A stretch of 56,739 nucleotides of DNA from Firmicutes bacterium UBA2296 (GTDB lineage: Bacteria > Bacillota > UBA994). Location of the stretch: contig DDWC01000133.1 of assembly GCA_002345475.1 (NCBI GenBank), forward strand, positions 1 through 56,739, read 5' to 3'. The position numbers were made by a program, and so were the translations under genes. Each line of letters begins with the position of its first letter. Within the stretch, counting starts at the first letter, position 1. Shown here piece after piece: positions 37,994-48,130 of the stretch. A model generated the notes under the pieces. The model was given only the letters and a program-made list of their open reading frames with translations. It made no database searches and was not told the origin of the DNA.

Positions 37994-38949
37994 TGCGAAT
38001 TGGTGTTTTGACCAGTGGTGGAGACGCCCCGGGAATGAATGCTGCCATCAGAGCAGTGGTGAGGAAGGGGCTCAGCGTGGGCTGCGAAGTGATAGGCATC
38101 AGGCGCGGCTATGCCGGTCTCCTTGCCAACGACGTAGAAGCACTAGACGTCAGTTCCGTAGCAGATATTATCCACCGGGGAGGCACGTACCTGAGAACTG
38201 CCCGGTCAGACGAATTTGTGACGCCCGCTGGGCAGGAAAGGGCGCTGGAGGTACTGCGCTTGAATGGGATTGAAGGTCTTGTGGTCATTGGCGGGGACGG
38301 CTCCTTTCGCGGCGCCGAAAGGCTCTACCGGCAAGGCATCATGACCGTGGGTGTTCCCGCTACTATCGACAACGACATTCCCGGAACGGAGGAAACCATC
38401 GGGTTTGATACAGCTGTGAACACCGCTGTGGAAGCCATCGACCGCATCAGGGATACAGCAACTTCCCACGAGCGTATCTTTATTATCGAGGTAATGGGTC
38501 GCGATGCCGGCATGATTGCCTTGCAGGCGGGGCTGGCCGGAGGAGCAGAATCAATCCTGGTGCCGGAAGAACCACTGGCTTTGACCGAAGTGTGCCAGCG
38601 CCTCGGACAGTCGCATTTGCGGGGAAAGTTGTACAGCATCATCGTGGTTTCCGAAGGGGTTACTTCGGGTTACGCCGTGAGTAAGTTCATCATGGAAACC
38701 TGTGGCCTGGAAACCCGGGTGACGGTTCTGGGACATGTACAAAGGGGAGGTACTCCATCGGCGCGGGACCGCATTCTGGCGACGATCATGGGTGCGGAAG
38801 CGGTGGACGTTCTGTCGCGCGGTCAGGGCGGCATGATGGTCGGCATGCAGGGCGGCAGGATAGTCGTCAGTGCCATCGGCGAGGCCCTGAAGCAACCTCC
38901 CTATTTTGACACCAATATGTACAATCTGGCGGTAGTTCTGGCCAAGTGA
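37993..38949 (+). CDS. pfkA: ATP-dependent 6-phosphofructokinase
   Basis: RIGVLTSGGDAPGMNAAIRAVV, IGGDGS, PATIDND, MGR and GHVQRGG. GTG start after GGGGAAGGTG. Confidence 0.92.
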   Translation: MRIGVLTSGGDAPGMNAAIRAVVRKGLSVGCEVIGIRRGYAGLLANDVEALDVSSVADIIHRGGTYLRTARSDEFVTPAGQERALEVLRLNGIEGLVVIGGDGSFRGAERLYRQGIMTVGVPATIDNDIPGTEETIGFDTAVNTAVEAIDRIRDTATSHERIFIIEVMGRDAGMIALQAGLAGGAESILVPEEPLALTEVCQRLGQSHLRGKLYSIIVVSEGVTSGYAVSKFIMETCGLETRVTVLGHVQRGGTPSARDRILATIMGAEAVDVLSRGQGGMMVGMQGGRIVVSAIGEALKQPPYFDTNMYNLAVVLAK

Positions 38950-38964
38950 TGAGGAGTGAAGATC

Positions 38965-39969
38965 ATGCATTACACGACATTGGGCCGCACGGGGCTAAAA
39001 GTTTCACGGCTTGGCTTCGGCGGCATTCCTATCCAGCGGGTGGGTTCTCAGGAAGCCACAGAAATCATACATAGCTGTCTCTGGGAAGGAATCAACTTTT
39101 TTGACACTGCCCGCGGGTACGGCGACAGCGAGACAAAATTGGGACAGGCCTTACTTGGCAAGAGACACCAGGCCATTCTGGCCTCCAAGTCTCCCAGTCG
39201 CGATGGAGCAGGCCTGCGAAAGGATCTCGAGGCATGTTTGAGAGAACTTAAGACGGATTATGTCGACCTGTATCAGCTACACAATGTGGCTTCACCGGAA
39301 GCATGGGAAGCAGTTTGCGCCAAAGATGGGGCGCTTGCGGAGTTGCTTTCAGCCAGGGATAAAGGTCTTGTCCGCTACGTTGGCATAAGTAGCCACAGTA
39401 ACGAACTTCTCATACAGATGCAGAACACGGAAATCTTCGATAGCATACAGTTTCCCTTTAACGTAGTCGAACAGCAGTTTGTGCCTTCGCTGGAACGTGC
39501 CGTTGAACTGAATCTCGGCAGGATTGTCATGAAACCGCTGGCTGGAGGGTCTTTTGCCGATGCCAGCCTGGCTATAAGATATGCTCTGGAGGCGCCAGTT
39601 TCTGTAATTATACCGGGAGTGGACAGCGTGGAACAGGTCCGCGCCAACGTGGCTGCTGTTGTCGCCGGCCCCCTGAGTGTTGCCGAAAGAGAGCGAGTTC
39701 TGGCGGAGGCCGATGCTCTGGGCCAGGAGTTCTGCCGCCGCTGCGACTATTGCCAGCCATGCCCCTCCGGCGTGCCTATTTCTACCATTTTCATCCTGGA
39801 GGGCTATGTTCGCAGGTACGGCCTGGCGGACTGGGCCCAGACACGTTACGACGCCTTGCCCGTTGACGGCGCTGACTGCGTTGAGTGCGGCATTTGCGAA
39901 AGCAGGTGCCCTTGTCATCTGGCCATTCGCGACAAGCTCAAGGCGGCCGACCAAGCACTTACCAGGTAA
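38965..39969 (+). CDS. Aldo/keto reductase with a C-terminal 4Fe-4S ferredoxin-like domain
   Basis: MHYTTLGRTGLKVSRLGFGG start, DTARGYG, C-terminal CxxCxxC...CP and CVECGICESRCP. Confidence 0.8.
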   Translation: MHYTTLGRTGLKVSRLGFGGIPIQRVGSQEATEIIHSCLWEGINFFDTARGYGDSETKLGQALLGKRHQAILASKSPSRDGAGLRKDLEACLRELKTDYVDLYQLHNVASPEAWEAVCAKDGALAELLSARDKGLVRYVGISSHSNELLIQMQNTEIFDSIQFPFNVVEQQFVPSLERAVELNLGRIVMKPLAGGSFADASLAIRYALEAPVSVIIPGVDSVEQVRANVAAVVAGPLSVAERERVLAEADALGQEFCRRCDYCQPCPSGVPISTIFILEGYVRRYGLADWAQTRYDALPVDGADCVECGICESRCPCHLAIRDKLKAADQALTR

Positions 39970-40000
39970 CATTTGCAAAATAAGCAGTGGGGTGATCGCA

Positions 40001-41179
40001 ATGAAAAAGGACGTCAGCAAATGGACTCAGGCGGTACACGCGGGTAAGGGAGCGCCGCCCCCCAAGAGTCGGCCCACGGTATCGCCTATATATCAGACTT
40101 CAGTTTTCAGCTTCGATACACTGCCTGGAGTTGACGACGCGTTTTCAGGCGAGCCAGGAGCCTTTGTCTATTCGCGCTACGGGAATCCGTCCATGGACGC
40201 ACTGGAGCATACCATAGCCGCCTTGGAAGGCGCTGAGACCGCCCTGGTGTCTTCCTCAGGCATGGCTGCCATAGCTACAGCTATTATGGGTCTGTGTTCA
40301 GCGGGAGACCACATCATAGCTACTCAGGATCTCTATGGCGGCACCCAGGTCTTGCTCTCCCGTGATCTGGCCAGGTTTGGTATAGACGTCTCCTTCATTG
40401 ATATGACGGACCTTTCCAAAGTGGAGGCCTCTATCCGCAAGAACACCCGTATGTTCTTTGTAGAGACAATCTCCAACCCTTTAATGAAACTAGTGGATTT
40501 TAAGTCCCTGGCAAGAATCAAGAGTGCTTATGGCATTGACATGGTAGTCGACAACACCTTCGCCAGCCCATTGCTTTGCCAGCCTTTGGCCCTGGGCGCT
40601 GATCTGGTCGTTGAGAGCCTGACCAAGTACATAAACGGGCACTCTGATGTAACAGGCGGGGCGCTGGCGGGGAAACGAAGCGTGGTGGACAGGCTGCGCC
40701 CCCTCCACATCAACATGGGCGGCGTGCCCAGTCCCTTCGACACCTGGCTAATTATGCGGGGCATCAAGACTCTGCCACTGCGCATGCGCCAGCACTGCCA
40801 CAACGCCATGGAGCTGGCAGTGTTTCTGGCTTCGCAGCCGAGAGTTACCAGGGTTTTTTATCCAGGGTTGCCTGGACATCCTCAGCACATTCTGGCCCGC
40901 GAGCAAATGAGTGATTTTGGCGGCATGCTGAGTTTTGTCGTCGAGGGTGGCCGATACAGCGTAGACCAGGTAATCCGTAAGCTTCAGCTGGTGGAGTTCG
41001 TGCCCAGCCTGGCCGGTGTGGCCACCACACTTTCGCATCCGGCCCAGACCAGCCACCGCAGTCTCACCGGCACCGAGCGCATAAAGCTCGGCATAGACGA
41101 CGGGCTCATCCGGGTTTCTGTGGGAATCGAAGATGTGGCAGACATATGTGAGGATTTTGCCACGGCCCTCGTCCGATAA
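40001..41179 (+). CDS. PLP-dependent Cys/Met-metabolism enzyme (cystathionine gamma-synthase/beta-lyase or methionine gamma-lyase family)
   Basis: YSRYGNPS, SSGMAAI, DNTFASP and the SLTKYINGHSD lysine motif. The ORF-track N-terminal extension overlaps the previous gene in another frame. Confidence 0.85.
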   Translation: MKKDVSKWTQAVHAGKGAPPPKSRPTVSPIYQTSVFSFDTLPGVDDAFSGEPGAFVYSRYGNPSMDALEHTIAALEGAETALVSSSGMAAIATAIMGLCSAGDHIIATQDLYGGTQVLLSRDLARFGIDVSFIDMTDLSKVEASIRKNTRMFFVETISNPLMKLVDFKSLARIKSAYGIDMVVDNTFASPLLCQPLALGADLVVESLTKYINGHSDVTGGALAGKRSVVDRLRPLHINMGGVPSPFDTWLIMRGIKTLPLRMRQHCHNAMELAVFLASQPRVTRVFYPGLPGHPQHILAREQMSDFGGMLSFVVEGGRYSVDQVIRKLQLVEFVPSLAGVATTLSHPAQTSHRSLTGTERIKLGIDDGLIRVSVGIEDVADICEDFATALVR

Positions 41180-41183
41180 GCAT

Positions 41184-41217
41184 CCCCCTGTGGTACAATG
41201 CCACAGGGGTGTTTTTT
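41184..41217 (+). terminator. Intrinsic terminator whose loop holds an extended -10-like TGGTACAAT and whose 3' arm holds the next gene's RBS
   Basis: CCCCTGTGG-TACAATG-CCACAGGGG followed by TGTTTTTT. The next ATG is at 41218. Confidence 0.7.
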
Positions 41218-42336
41218 ATGCATAGGAAGTTTGTGGCCCTGATTCTTACAGCCTTGGTATTGCTAATTGCGTCAGGCGTAGTCTCGGCGGAGTCTTCGGC
41301 TCAAGAGCCGCAATACGCCAAGGGTAAAATACTCAGCATGGAGTATCTGCCCGACGCCGGCTTTGAAGGTAGCCTGGGTTTTGGAGCAGAGGCTTATCAC
41401 GTCGTCGTTGAAATAGTAAGCGGCCCCTTCAAAGGGCATATTGCAGAGACCCAGCACTTTATTACGGGCACCCCGGCTTATGACATACATATCTCCGCCG
41501 GAGACCGGGTTCTATTGGCCATAGAGACTGTGGCTGGCGAGGTCAGCGAGGTCTACGTAGCAGACAACGAACGCGACCGTTCCCTTTTGTGGTTTACTCT
41601 TCTCTTTGTCCTCGTTCTGGCTGGATTTGGTGGAGTTAAGGGCCTGAAGAGTCTTCTTTCGCTGGTCATAATAGGTGTCATGATCATCTGGTTCTTCATC
41701 CCCATGCTACTGGCAGGGAACGATCCGATTCTGCTGGCGGTGATAGTCAGTGCGGTCGCTACCGCCTTCACTATCACTCTCGTCGGCGGGTTAAACGGCA
41801 AGAGCGCCGCTGCTATCGCGGGGACAGTGGGTGGTGTGCTTACAGCCGGGCTTCTGGCCATCGCCGCCGGCGGGATGGCGCGTTTGACTGGCCTGTCCAG
41901 CCAGGAAGCTCAAATGCTGGTATACATACCCCAGGCGACCGACTTCGATTTTCGCGGTCTACTTATGGCTGGCATCATTATCGGCGCTCTAGGGGCAGTC
42001 ATGGACGTAGGCATGTCTATTGCTTCCGCCATCAGCGAAGTGCACAAGGCAGACCCGGGTGCCTCCGTTAAGCGCCTGTTCTGGTCAGGCATGAATGTTG
42101 GCCGTGATGTGATGGGAACAATGGCCAACACACTGATTCTGGCCTATACCGGCAGCTCACTCTCACTGCTACTGCTGGTACGCGCCTACGACATAGACAT
42201 GATACGCCTCATGAACATGGATTCAATTTCGTCCGAAGTCATCAGAGCCCTGGCTGGTAGCATGGGCCTCATAGCCGCTATCCCGGTTACGGCGCTCCTG
42301 GCAGCCCTATTCCATGCAAAGAGCCGACCCCTGTAG
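41218..42336 (+). CDS. YibE/F-like integral membrane protein
   Basis: Signal/TM, about 110-aa extracytoplasmic domain, then about 7 TMs. Family call is from memory of the architecture. Confidence 0.5.
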   Translation: MHRKFVALILTALVLLIASGVVSAESSAQEPQYAKGKILSMEYLPDAGFEGSLGFGAEAYHVVVEIVSGPFKGHIAETQHFITGTPAYDIHISAGDRVLLAIETVAGEVSEVYVADNERDRSLLWFTLLFVLVLAGFGGVKGLKSLLSLVIIGVMIIWFFIPMLLAGNDPILLAVIVSAVATAFTITLVGGLNGKSAAAIAGTVGGVLTAGLLAIAAGGMARLTGLSSQEAQMLVYIPQATDFDFRGLLMAGIIIGALGAVMDVGMSIASAISEVHKADPGASVKRLFWSGMNVGRDVMGTMANTLILAYTGSSLSLLLLVRAYDIDMIRLMNMDSISSEVIRALAGSMGLIAAIPVTALLAALFHAKSRPL

Positions 42337-42348
42337 GGTCGGCTCTTT
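42318..42348. terminator. Bidirectional terminator overlapping both convergent stop codons
   Basis: AAAGAGCCGACCC-CTGTA-GGGTCGGCTCTTT, a perfect 13-bp stem. Confidence 0.75.
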
Positions 42349-43051
42349 ATATGACTATGGGGATAGGCTTGGTCAACCTAACGCCTTCAGGCGAAACTTC
42401 GCACCGATACGCCAGGATTGTCACACCCTGACGCTGCGCTTCCCGCAACTCTGCGGCAAAGCCGGGGTCTATTTGTGCGTAGGGTGAAAAATACCTGGCA
42501 TCATTTCTCTGCACGACAAAGATGATTGCGGCAGATCCCCCCGCCGCAACAAGGGACGTGAGATGCCGTACATGGCGTTTCCCTCTGACGGTGGGGGCGT
42601 CCGGGAAACGCGCGGCGCCATCGGTCTGGTCTACGTGGGTCACGCTCTTTACCTCCACCGGACACAGCAGATCGTTGCGCCGCAGCAGAAAGTCAAAGCG
42701 GCTTTCACCCATGGTGTACTCAGAGCGTTCCAGCAACCACCCTTTCAGTTCATGCAGGCCTGCGGTGGCAAAGATCTCCCTGAACAATCGATTGGGGAGG
42801 GAGGCGTCCACCGATATGTATAGGTCATCCCACCGGACCGCCAGCAAAGTGAACCTGGTAGCGCGCTTGCTATGTACTGGCGCGGGGCGCAGCAACACTT
42901 CAGCCCCCGGCGCCAGTATATCAGTCATTCGCCCTGAGCTTGGCACATGCACCGAGACCACTTCACCCGACACACAAACCTCGGCCACAAAGCGGTTCAG
43001 ACGCCTGGAGAACTTGCCACGGATAGTGTGACAATACGGGATGAAGCTCAA
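42347..43051 (-). CDS. sfsA: Sugar fermentation stimulation protein SfsA (DNA/RNA nuclease-fold)
   Basis: RLNRFVAEV, HVPSSGRM and RFDFLL...VEVKSVT motifs. TTG start 8 nt after GGAGGGG, 2 nt past the asnB stop. Confidence 0.8.
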   Translation of the reverse strand: MSFIPYCHTIRGKFSRRLNRFVAEVCVSGEVVSVHVPSSGRMTDILAPGAEVLLRPAPVHSKRATRFTLLAVRWDDLYISVDASLPNRLFREIFATAGLHELKGWLLERSEYTMGESRFDFLLRRNDLLCPVEVKSVTHVDQTDGAARFPDAPTVRGKRHVRHLTSLVAAGGSAAIIFVVQRNDARYFSPYAQIDPGFAAELREAQRQGVTILAYRCEVSPEGVRLTKPIPIVI

Positions 43052-43053
43052 GA

Positions 43054-44916
43054 TCAGATCCCCTCCGGATGGATGCTCTGCTCGATAAACACACCATACC
43101 AGTTCATGAAAACCAGAATTGCCCACAGACGCCGGCTATTGTCCCGTTTACCGGCCAGGTGCTCATCCAGGAGACGCAGCGCGTAACCTTTGTCCAAAAA
43201 CCCGTCTGCCACAGGGGCCGATAGGGCACCTCTGACGTCGGGCAACCAGTCTTTGGCTATCCACTCCCGCGTGGGGACAGGGAAGCCCCTCTTGGGACGC
43301 TGTGTAACTGCAGGGGGCAGCCAGTCTGCCGAAGCCTTGCGTAAAACATACTTGGTCATACCTTCGGCGATCTTGAAGTGGTGAGGTATGGTGGCTGCAA
43401 ACTCAACCAATTTATGATCCAGAAAAGGTACCCGCAGCTCCAGGGAATGGGCCATGGTCATGCGATCAGCCTTGGTAAGGATATCCCCTGAAAGCCAGGT
43501 TTTAAAGTCAAGATACTGCATTTGTGATATATCATCGAGGTGCTGCACCTTCTCGAAATATGGCCTGGTAATGTCAAGGGGCGAAAGACGCCGGTGCGCT
43601 CGGCCGGGTAGCAACATATCCTTCTGCTCTTCGGTAAAAATAAGGGCATTGCCGAAGTAACGATGCGAAAGCGGTGTAGTCGCTCTTCTCACGTAGTCTT
43701 TGCCCTTTACACCGTCGGGCAGAGCTCGCGCCGCGCGCTGTAACAGGCTGCGCATGGGTGAAGGTATGCGGCCGAATTTGGCCACTTCTGCCGGCTCCCG
43801 GTAAATACCGTAGCCGCCAAAAACCTCGTCCGCTCCTTCCCCGGATAATACCACGGTTATTTCCTTTGCCGCCAGCCCCGCCACGAAGTAAAGCGAGCAG
43901 GCTGCGGGATCCGCCACCGGCTCATCCATGTGCCAGACGATACGGGGTAACGCCCGCCAGAACTCGCCTCCGCTTATGCGAAGCTCGTGGTGTTCCGTAC
44001 CGAGCAGCCGCGCCGTTTCTGCGGCATCACTCAGCTCATCGTAGCGGTCTTCTGCGTAGCCGACAGAGAACGTCTTCAGATGTTCCAGTCGCCTGAGCAG
44101 AGCTGCAATTACACTGGAATCCACTCCGCTGGAGAGGAAAGCTCCCCGGGGCACTTCGCTCATCATATGCATGCGAACAGCTTCGGTCAGTAGATGTTGC
44201 GTGCCCTCCACGAAGTGGTCGAGAGACTTGTTTTCCGGGCTAAACTCTAGCTCCCAATAGGGGAAGATGTCGAGCTTACCGCCGGAATACGTGAAGCCGT
44301 GGGCAGGAGGCAGACGCCTGATACCCGCAAACAGAGTCTCTGGGTCAGGGATAAACTGAAACGTGAAGTAATGTTGCAGGCTGTCATCGTTTACTCGCCG
44401 GGCAAACCCGGGGTACTCCAGTATGCTTTTTGCTTCAGAGGCCAAAATCAGGTCGCCATTATGCTCGGCATAATAGAGAGGTTTGATGCCAAAACGATCC
44501 CGGGCACCAAAAAGCCGGGACTCGCCTTGATCCCATATCAGAAAGGCAAACATGCCTCGCAGATGACTGAGGCAGGCCGCACCGTACTCCTCGTAAAGGT
44601 GGAGGACCACTTCACTGTCGCTTTGCGTCTGGAATCGGTGTCCTCTAGCCAGGAGGTCCTGGCGCAGCTCCTGATAGTTGTATATCTCGCCGTTAAAGAC
44701 CAGCCAAAGACTGCCGTCCTCGTTTGTCATGGGCTGATGTCCTGCTGCCAGATCTATGATGCTGAGGCGTCTAAAGCCGAGGGCCGCTCCCTCGGCGATG
44801 TGCTGGCCTTCATCATCAGGGCCCCGGTGCACTATCTGTCCAGTCATTTTGGACATTATGCGAGATTTTTCTTCCCTGCTTCTCTTCGCCTCAACAAAAC
44901 CGCAGAATCCGCACAC
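43054..44916 (-). CDS. asnB: Asparagine synthase (glutamine-hydrolysing)
   Basis: MCGFCGF Ntn start, FNGEIYN, LSSGVDSS PP-loop. 620 aa. Confidence 0.92.
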   Translation of the reverse strand: MCGFCGFVEAKRSREEKSRIMSKMTGQIVHRGPDDEGQHIAEGAALGFRRLSIIDLAAGHQPMTNEDGSLWLVFNGEIYNYQELRQDLLARGHRFQTQSDSEVVLHLYEEYGAACLSHLRGMFAFLIWDQGESRLFGARDRFGIKPLYYAEHNGDLILASEAKSILEYPGFARRVNDDSLQHYFTFQFIPDPETLFAGIRRLPPAHGFTYSGGKLDIFPYWELEFSPENKSLDHFVEGTQHLLTEAVRMHMMSEVPRGAFLSSGVDSSVIAALLRRLEHLKTFSVGYAEDRYDELSDAAETARLLGTEHHELRISGGEFWRALPRIVWHMDEPVADPAACSLYFVAGLAAKEITVVLSGEGADEVFGGYGIYREPAEVAKFGRIPSPMRSLLQRAARALPDGVKGKDYVRRATTPLSHRYFGNALIFTEEQKDMLLPGRAHRRLSPLDITRPYFEKVQHLDDISQMQYLDFKTWLSGDILTKADRMTMAHSLELRVPFLDHKLVEFAATIPHHFKIAEGMTKYVLRKASADWLPPAVTQRPKRGFPVPTREWIAKDWLPDVRGALSAPVADGFLDKGYALRLLDEHLAGKRDNSRRLWAILVFMNWYGVFIEQSIHPEGI

Positions 44917-44944
44917 AACTTATACCCCCAAACTTTTCGTTCCC

Positions 44945-45256
44945 TCAGTCCTTCAGATAGGAACAGCAGTAGTCCACCGGTTCAAGCACCTTCAGCTTGA
45001 AGGACGACCCGGCTGCAACATGAAACTCCTCGCCGCCACACACTGTCTGCCATTCTGTCGTGTTCGGCAGTAGCACTTCCATGTGTCCTGCCAAAATCTC
45101 CATCAGTTCTGCCATGTCTGTGCCAAACTCGTACTCTCCCGGCAGCATTACGCCCAATGTCTTCTTGCTGCCGTCAGGGAAGAGCACAGTGCGACTGGAC
45201 ACCCGTCCTCCAAAGTAGAAGTTGGCTCGCTTTACTACATCAACACTTCTAAACAT
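44945..45256 (-). CDS. ppnP: Pyrimidine/purine nucleoside phosphorylase PpnP (DUF1255 cupin)
   Basis: Collinear with E. coli YaiE: NxYFxGxVxS......GVMxxGEYxFxT...ExMxxxxGxxxVLLP....W. Confidence 0.75.
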   Translation of the reverse strand: MFRSVDVVKRANFYFGGRVSSRTVLFPDGSKKTLGVMLPGEYEFGTDMAELMEILAGHMEVLLPNTTEWQTVCGGEEFHVAAGSSFKLKVLEPVDYCCSYLKD

Positions 45257-45296
45257 TTCTTTACCTCCGTTCTGTTTCTCGTTGTATTGTCACGCC

Positions 45297-46217
45297 TCAA
45301 GCCCCATGCCGCGACTTGTCTGCCTGCAGCACTATTACCGCCAGCAGTATAACAGACATGCCTACCCATTGCACCGGCATCAGTCGCTCGCCAAGCAGCA
45401 CTGCCGCCAGCAAAACACCAGACAGTGGCTCCAGAGCGCTGGCCACCGAGGCCCGGGCTGCGCCCACAGCTCTTATGCCCACCACATAGAGTAGTATTGC
45501 CAACACTGAACAGATGAAGCCAATGCCTAACCCCACGGCCCACATAGCTGGCGTGAGAGTGCCGCTAAACATATAGACAGGGAACTCCATAAGGGCAAAC
45601 CCCAGAGCACAGAAAGTCAGGGCGTAGGTTGTGACCACAATGGAATCCGTGCCCCGGGTGGTCCTTTGTCCAATTAAGGTGAAGATAGAGTAGGAGGCCG
45701 CTCCGGTTAGAATCCACACCAGGCCCCGTACGTCCGCCGAGACATCACCATTGCCGAAGACCCCGCTTATGAATGTCGTGCCCAGAACCGCCATGGCCAG
45801 GGCTAAACCTCGGGGCCAGGTGAACCTCTCACGCAGGAAGACAGTCGTTACTGCTATGGTCAGCACGGGGTGCAGGTAGAATACTATCGCCGCCAAAGAA
45901 GCAGACAGGTATTGCAGAGAGGCGAAATAGCCAAAAGAAGTCCCCGTCATAGCCAGACCCTGCAGAGCCAGCAAGGGCAATGTCGCCGAGTTTATGCGGT
46001 AGAGTTGCAGTCCTCGGTACACCGCCAGAAGCCACAGAATCAGCGCCGCCAGCACGAATCGCACAGTCATAAGCGTAACTGGGGTGAAGCCCAGAGAGTA
46101 GCCGACTTTGCCGAAGTAACCCAAAAAGCCAAAGCAAAAACAGGAAGCGGCAATAGCGGCATAACCGATGGCCGGAGAATGTGGCGAGTTCTGTAGGCTA
46201 ATTGCTCTGTCTTTCAA
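45297..46217 (-). CDS. EamA/DMT family transporter
   Basis: Ten TMs arranged as two EamA-like halves. 306 aa. Confidence 0.75.
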   Translation of the reverse strand: MKDRAISLQNSPHSPAIGYAAIAASCFCFGFLGYFGKVGYSLGFTPVTLMTVRFVLAALILWLLAVYRGLQLYRINSATLPLLALQGLAMTGTSFGYFASLQYLSASLAAIVFYLHPVLTIAVTTVFLRERFTWPRGLALAMAVLGTTFISGVFGNGDVSADVRGLVWILTGAASYSIFTLIGQRTTRGTDSIVVTTYALTFCALGFALMEFPVYMFSGTLTPAMWAVGLGIGFICSVLAILLYVVGIRAVGAARASVASALEPLSGVLLAAVLLGERLMPVQWVGMSVILLAVIVLQADKSRHGA

Positions 46218-46323
46218 TTTGCACCTCCGTGTTCCCTAGCATCCATTATTACATATCTACCCTGGTTAAGAGGATATGCCTGAGACAAAAAGAATAGATA
46301 ACTAGGTGAAAGGGGGATTTCTC

Positions 46324-47889
46324 ATGGGCGATTATGATGTTGTTATCATTGGTGCCGGGGGGGCTGGTCTGGTTGCGGCTGTAGCCGCAGCCAAAGAAGG
46401 TGCCAGGGTGGCATTGCTGCACAAGACCCAGCATGGCTTTGCCACGTGCACCGCTTACGCTGGAGGAGGATTCAGCCTGGCCTACGGGGAGGTCAGCCCA
46501 GAGCAGCACTATCAAAAGACCATGGAAACGGGGCGCGGCATAAACCGCCCTGATCTGCTTGACGTACTGTGTCAAGAGGGTGGGGCGGCTCTAACGCAGC
46601 TCAAGGAATGGGGAGTAAACATCCGCCTATCTGAGCGCGGGCATGCCTCGGTCAGTTCATCAGCCAGAACCCCTATCATGGGTGGCGGTGGCTTGACCGC
46701 CGAGCTTACGGCACTGGCAAGCAGCGTCGGGGTCGACATGCTGGGAAACACCGTAGCCACACGTCTGGAAATTTTCGACAGTGGAGTTCAGGGTGTTCAT
46801 ACGTATGATTGGCGTTTGGGCAGAAATGGTTATATTCGCTGCGGTAACGTTGTGCTGGCCGGCGGCGGCGGCGGAGCCATATACAGAAACACCGATAACC
46901 CTGCGCGAATTACCGGTGACACTTACGCGCTGGCCCTGCAGGCCGGACTCACTCTAACTGACATGGAGTTTGTCCAGTTCTATCCTCTGGGTTGGAACGA
47001 GCCCGGCTTCCCCTGCTGGATGATCGGACTGCCGATCATAGACCATGTCAGGCTCACTGATGAAGAGGGGACGCCTTTCCTGCATGTGGCGCTAAGTGAG
47101 TGGGGTCTCAAAAACGGCAGAGAAGCGAACCTGTATGCCCGGGATCGCAGCGCCCGGCTGATGGGGCAGAAACTGCAAGAGGGCAAGGTCCTGCTGCATC
47201 TGCAGGAGGTCCCCGAGGCGAACTGGGAGAAGAGTCCTTTTGCCGAAATGCGCCGCTTCTACCCCCGGGGTACGGATCCGAAGTCGTTTGGGCCCATATC
47301 CGTGGCTCCGGTGGAGCACTATTTCACCGGTGGGGTAATCATCGATGAACATTGCCGTACGGAGATTGGCGGCCTCTACGCCTGTGGCGAGACAACCGGC
47401 GGTGTGGACGGCGCCAGCCGCATCGGCGGCAACGCTCTAACCAATATCGTCGTCTTCGGCCTGCGCGCTGGACGCCAGGCCGCGGCACAACACAGGCCAA
47501 CTCCTGCGGCAGCACTAGAGCCTCATCCGGCGGTCCGGCCTGGCACTGGCCTGCACATTGTAGCCGCCAGGAATGAATTGCGCGACGCCGTACAAAAGGG
47601 CCTCGGGCCCGTGCGGGACAGAGCGGGTATCGAGGCTGCCATTGCTGCAATAGAAAACTTGCGGCAACAACTTCCGTCGTTTGCCGCAAGTACCCCATAT
47701 GAGAATCTGTTACTCTGCGAAATGCCTGGGATGCTTCTGACAGCCCTGTCCGTGGCAAAATCGGCTCTGCTCCGGGAGGAGAGTCGCGGTGTGCATTACC
47801 GCGCCGATTTTCCCAGTGAAGTGCCGTCATGGCAGAAGTCTACTTTTGTGAACCTGCGGGGCGGAGCCATTCGAGTGTGGTGTGACTGA
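46324..47889 (+). CDS. FAD-dependent oxidoreductase of the fumarate reductase/succinate dehydrogenase/L-aspartate oxidase flavoprotein family
   Basis: DVVIIGAGGAGLVAAVAAAKEG dinucleotide fold, GLYACGET.GGV.GA.R.GGN, ESRGVHYRADFP. No adjacent Fe-S subunit. Confidence 0.75.
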   Translation: MGDYDVVIIGAGGAGLVAAVAAAKEGARVALLHKTQHGFATCTAYAGGGFSLAYGEVSPEQHYQKTMETGRGINRPDLLDVLCQEGGAALTQLKEWGVNIRLSERGHASVSSSARTPIMGGGGLTAELTALASSVGVDMLGNTVATRLEIFDSGVQGVHTYDWRLGRNGYIRCGNVVLAGGGGGAIYRNTDNPARITGDTYALALQAGLTLTDMEFVQFYPLGWNEPGFPCWMIGLPIIDHVRLTDEEGTPFLHVALSEWGLKNGREANLYARDRSARLMGQKLQEGKVLLHLQEVPEANWEKSPFAEMRRFYPRGTDPKSFGPISVAPVEHYFTGGVIIDEHCRTEIGGLYACGETTGGVDGASRIGGNALTNIVVFGLRAGRQAAAQHRPTPAAALEPHPAVRPGTGLHIVAARNELRDAVQKGLGPVRDRAGIEAAIAAIENLRQQLPSFAASTPYENLLLCEMPGMLLTALSVAKSALLREESRGVHYRADFPSEVPSWQKSTFVNLRGGAIRVWCD

Positions 47890-48130
47890 GCCTCCACCGG
47901 GATTACGACAGCCTGATACGGGTATCTGATGCAACTGATAGGGCGCTGATAGAAAACCCGCTGCAGGGTTCCTGAAGAGGTTTCCTGAGACAACGTTCAA
48001 GTTACGACGAGTCTGCGCCGCGCGAAGTACAACGCAAAACGATCCCATCAGGTCAATCGGTCTCCATCGGTCCTCATCAGGGTGTCGTAATCCATCCCGC
48101 GAGCCACGGTCTCGCTGCTACGAAAAGCGA

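Noticed and set aside
39677-40000. N-terminal extensions offered by the ORF track: 39677 for the PLP enzyme, 25088 for the DUF1576-like protein, 21348 for fdhA-2, 43126 for sfsA, 2401 for HD-GYP.
   Set aside because: The extensions overlap the preceding gene and lack an RBS. Internal starts with GGAGG-type RBSs reproduce canonical family N-termini.
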